Source: Sphyrna mokarran
Lineage: Eukaryota
Direction: 5' to 3'
NCBI GenBank assembly: GCA_024679065.1
Contig: JAGIQG010000173.1
Span: 1 to 63,168 of the forward strand
DNA length: 63,168 nt
Under the pieces are notes generated by a model. That model saw nothing but the letters and a program-made list of their open reading frames with translations. It was not told where the DNA came from and did not search any database. This document shows positions 60,829 through 63,168 of this stretch, one piece after another. The first letter of the stretch is position 1. The number at the start of each line of letters is the position of its first letter. The translations under genes were made by a program, and so were the position numbers.

Positions 60829-62136
60829 CACACTGCTGCAGAGCTATAGCTAATGTCGTACAAAAACCCTACACTGGCAGTTCCAGTTAGTGCCCAGAAG
60901 GGTGCGCACGCACACACGCGGGTCATTCACTTTCCACAGAGAGAATGACGGAGATTCTTAAAATTGCAACCAAAGATAATTCTCAAAAAAACAGCAACTG
61001 GTATGGTCCTCTTGCAGTTACATTGGTTAATGGTTGGAACTTACATTTGCGATATCGATCTGAGGTACCGCAACATTTTTTTTTCCGTTTTCGATGCCTT
61101 TCTCTATTTACTCCAGAGTGTCCTTGTCTGCAGATTTATGGAAATTGTGTACATTTGCTTTCCCAGTCTTTAACGTAAACATTAAAGCTTTTTCTATTAC
61201 CTTGTACATTAATTCAGAACCTCTCCAATCTGACTGCTCAGCTATTCAGTCCCATTTTCCATTCACATCACTAATAAGGATTTCGCTTTGCATTGAATCA
61301 CACACTAATCCGATACTCTTGGTGCAAGAATCCTTGTCCGCATATGGAATGGACATTCAGTTACCTCTCATATAGAGAGGCAAAGTTATAGAATTTCCAA
61401 TGTGACATTGTTATTGAATTCAACTCCTCGCAGATAAATCCTAGCTGTCACCACACTGCCTATGGTTTTCCTGTGCTGTTCGCACTCTTACCCGTCTCTC
61501 CTGTGCTGTTTTCTTGGATATTTCATTGGAGATATTAATCTTTGTTGCTTTTCCCTGTTTGGTACTGATTGGATTAGCAGTCCAATGGGAGACAAGCTAT
61601 ATTTCTACTCTGAAAGATTTCACAGAGTGCAGAATTGCAAATTGAGAGAACAGCATATGGAAGTATCTTAGATCATTCACTATTCTATCACTTCTTATGA
61701 TGTAGATGTTTTGACTAAAAAAGTCATCCTCCCCTGCACTATAACTGCTATCCAAAAGATGATTAATAACAAACTGATTTTTATGCTGCTGTGAGGATGG
61801 ATATCGTCATTCTCCATGTCAGAACAGAGCCATCAGGCCTCAAGGGACCGGTCGGTTCCTGAAATGATAGTTGAAGAGGAAAGTCTTGCCCTGTTGTGGG
61901 ATGACTAAATTCACTTGTTCTTTTCGTGGGATGAATTGCAGATAAAGGAACTGTGAGGTCATTGGTTGAACGGAAGAACGTGGAAGATTGAAGTCGATTG
62001 AATCTCATCTGATGACGTTTTCAACAGTAAACCAATCAACAGGGAGCCGGATATAACTCAACCTTTTCCCAACTCTTGACCGAAACAAATTCAGCTTCAA
62101 CCCATTCTGGTCAAATCCGCCGCCAGTTCTGCAAAC

Positions 62137-63053
62137 ATGTGTCTTGTTACTCTGTACTTATTCCTCACAGCAGCAGCTCTGTTAATCGGTAAGTTCACAA
62201 GTTGCTCACTTTGTGTTACACATCATTACCGCACACTATATTCTGTCGGGCGGTTCTCTCAATGGAAGCGGGGGGAAGTGGCTGATCAGGGAATGGATTG
62301 ATCACAACATCGAAAAGTTATTTGAATCTCGCTGGTCTCAACACTGAACACTGCTGCGATTTGGCACATTTCCCCGAGGGATTAATAGAGAATCAATTCT
62401 CTTCAGATTCAAGCTCCTCTGACACCAGTGAACCCCTTTGGCAACCATCACCTTTCAAACAGACAGACCGTGAGCAGTTTCCAGTTACAGGGACTGAAGA
62501 CGAGAAACTGATCTCGTTAGAAAGAAGAGAATGTTTATGGTGGAAGTTTACTTAATCGCCACAAACGTCTTCCCATTCCATCCACTGAACTGTGAAAAAT
62601 ATTTTTCTATTTTCTATTTTGTTCTATTCTAATGTTCTATTTTGCTGTCTGATTTCTCTCTGAGGTTATTTTTGCCGATAACGGGCAAAATCTGGGAAAA
62701 CTGGGTGAAATTGCAATGTTTAATTTCATATTTCTTTGGATTCTTACAGGACATTCCCGGGGAGATTCTGTTTCACAAACGGCGGCTGCAGTCACCGTCA
62801 CTCAAGGAAATGATGTTAGACTGCCCTGCAATTACACAACTACGAGCAACATCTTTTATCTATTCTGGTACCGTCACTATCCCAGCGGAGCCATGGAATA
62901 TCTGCTGCAGACAAATAAATACACCGGGAATACAGGGAGGCCTTCAGGGGACCGTTTTTTAGCGGAGCTCAATGATACAACCCGTACCGTCCCGTTGAAA
63001 GTGTCTAAAACAGAGCTGGCAGACTCCGGGGTGTATTACTGTGCACTGAGACC
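62137..63053 (+). CDS. TRAV: TCR alpha/delta-type V segment V8 (leader 62137-62188, V exon 62750-63053)
   Basis: Leader MCLVTLYLFLTAAALLI, gtaagt/tacag intron, RLPC..LFWYRH..DSGVYYCALRP; RSS cacagag-23-acaaaaact at 63054-63092. Confidence 0.92.
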
Positions 63054-63168
63054 CACAGAGACACAGAGCTGGGCTGAACCTGCACAAAAACTGTCAGAGC
63101 CTCGCTCAATGTAACACAATTCTATGACGCACGCTGCGCCTATAACTCTGCAGATGGAAACACCCACT

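Noticed and set aside
43974-63053. IgH-like VH, NAR-TCR or light-chain identity for the V segments
   Set aside because: FR2/FR3 ends (WY.Q, CAM/CAL/CAV) and about 23-bp spacers fit TCR alpha/delta; no adjacent D/J cluster. Alpha versus delta cannot be resolved here.

Overview
Vertebrate genomic DNA, most consistent with a cartilaginous fish (shark), judged from the tRNA-head V-domain SINEs, CR1 LINEs and the TCR V sequences. The window has two domains. (1) About 6-39.5 kb is a tandem cluster of at least nine KRAB-less C2H2 zinc-finger loci. Five have long open finger arrays, four are disrupted, and there is one further truncated remnant. Several have CpG-island promoters built from one shared cassette. 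(2) About 43.9-63.1 kb is an array of eight T-cell receptor alpha/delta-type V gene segments in mixed orientation, each with a leader and a 3' recombination signal sequence (RSS). One V family has an intronless leader, one copy is a frameshifted pseudogene and one has lost the conserved Trp. No D, J or C segments were found. Signals not explained by the ORF track: CTCF-like motifs at a fixed 24-25 bp behind four V RSSs; a border zone at 42-43.1 kb with CTCF-like motifs and an orphan 12-spacer RSS; minimal hammerhead ribozyme motifs with covarying stems in Penelope-like element ends, including a U3-A8 core variant; two divergent CR1 copies that carry a V-SINE domain in their 3' UTR; and a truncated U1 snRNA copy beside one V gene. 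All calls were read by eye without database searches.
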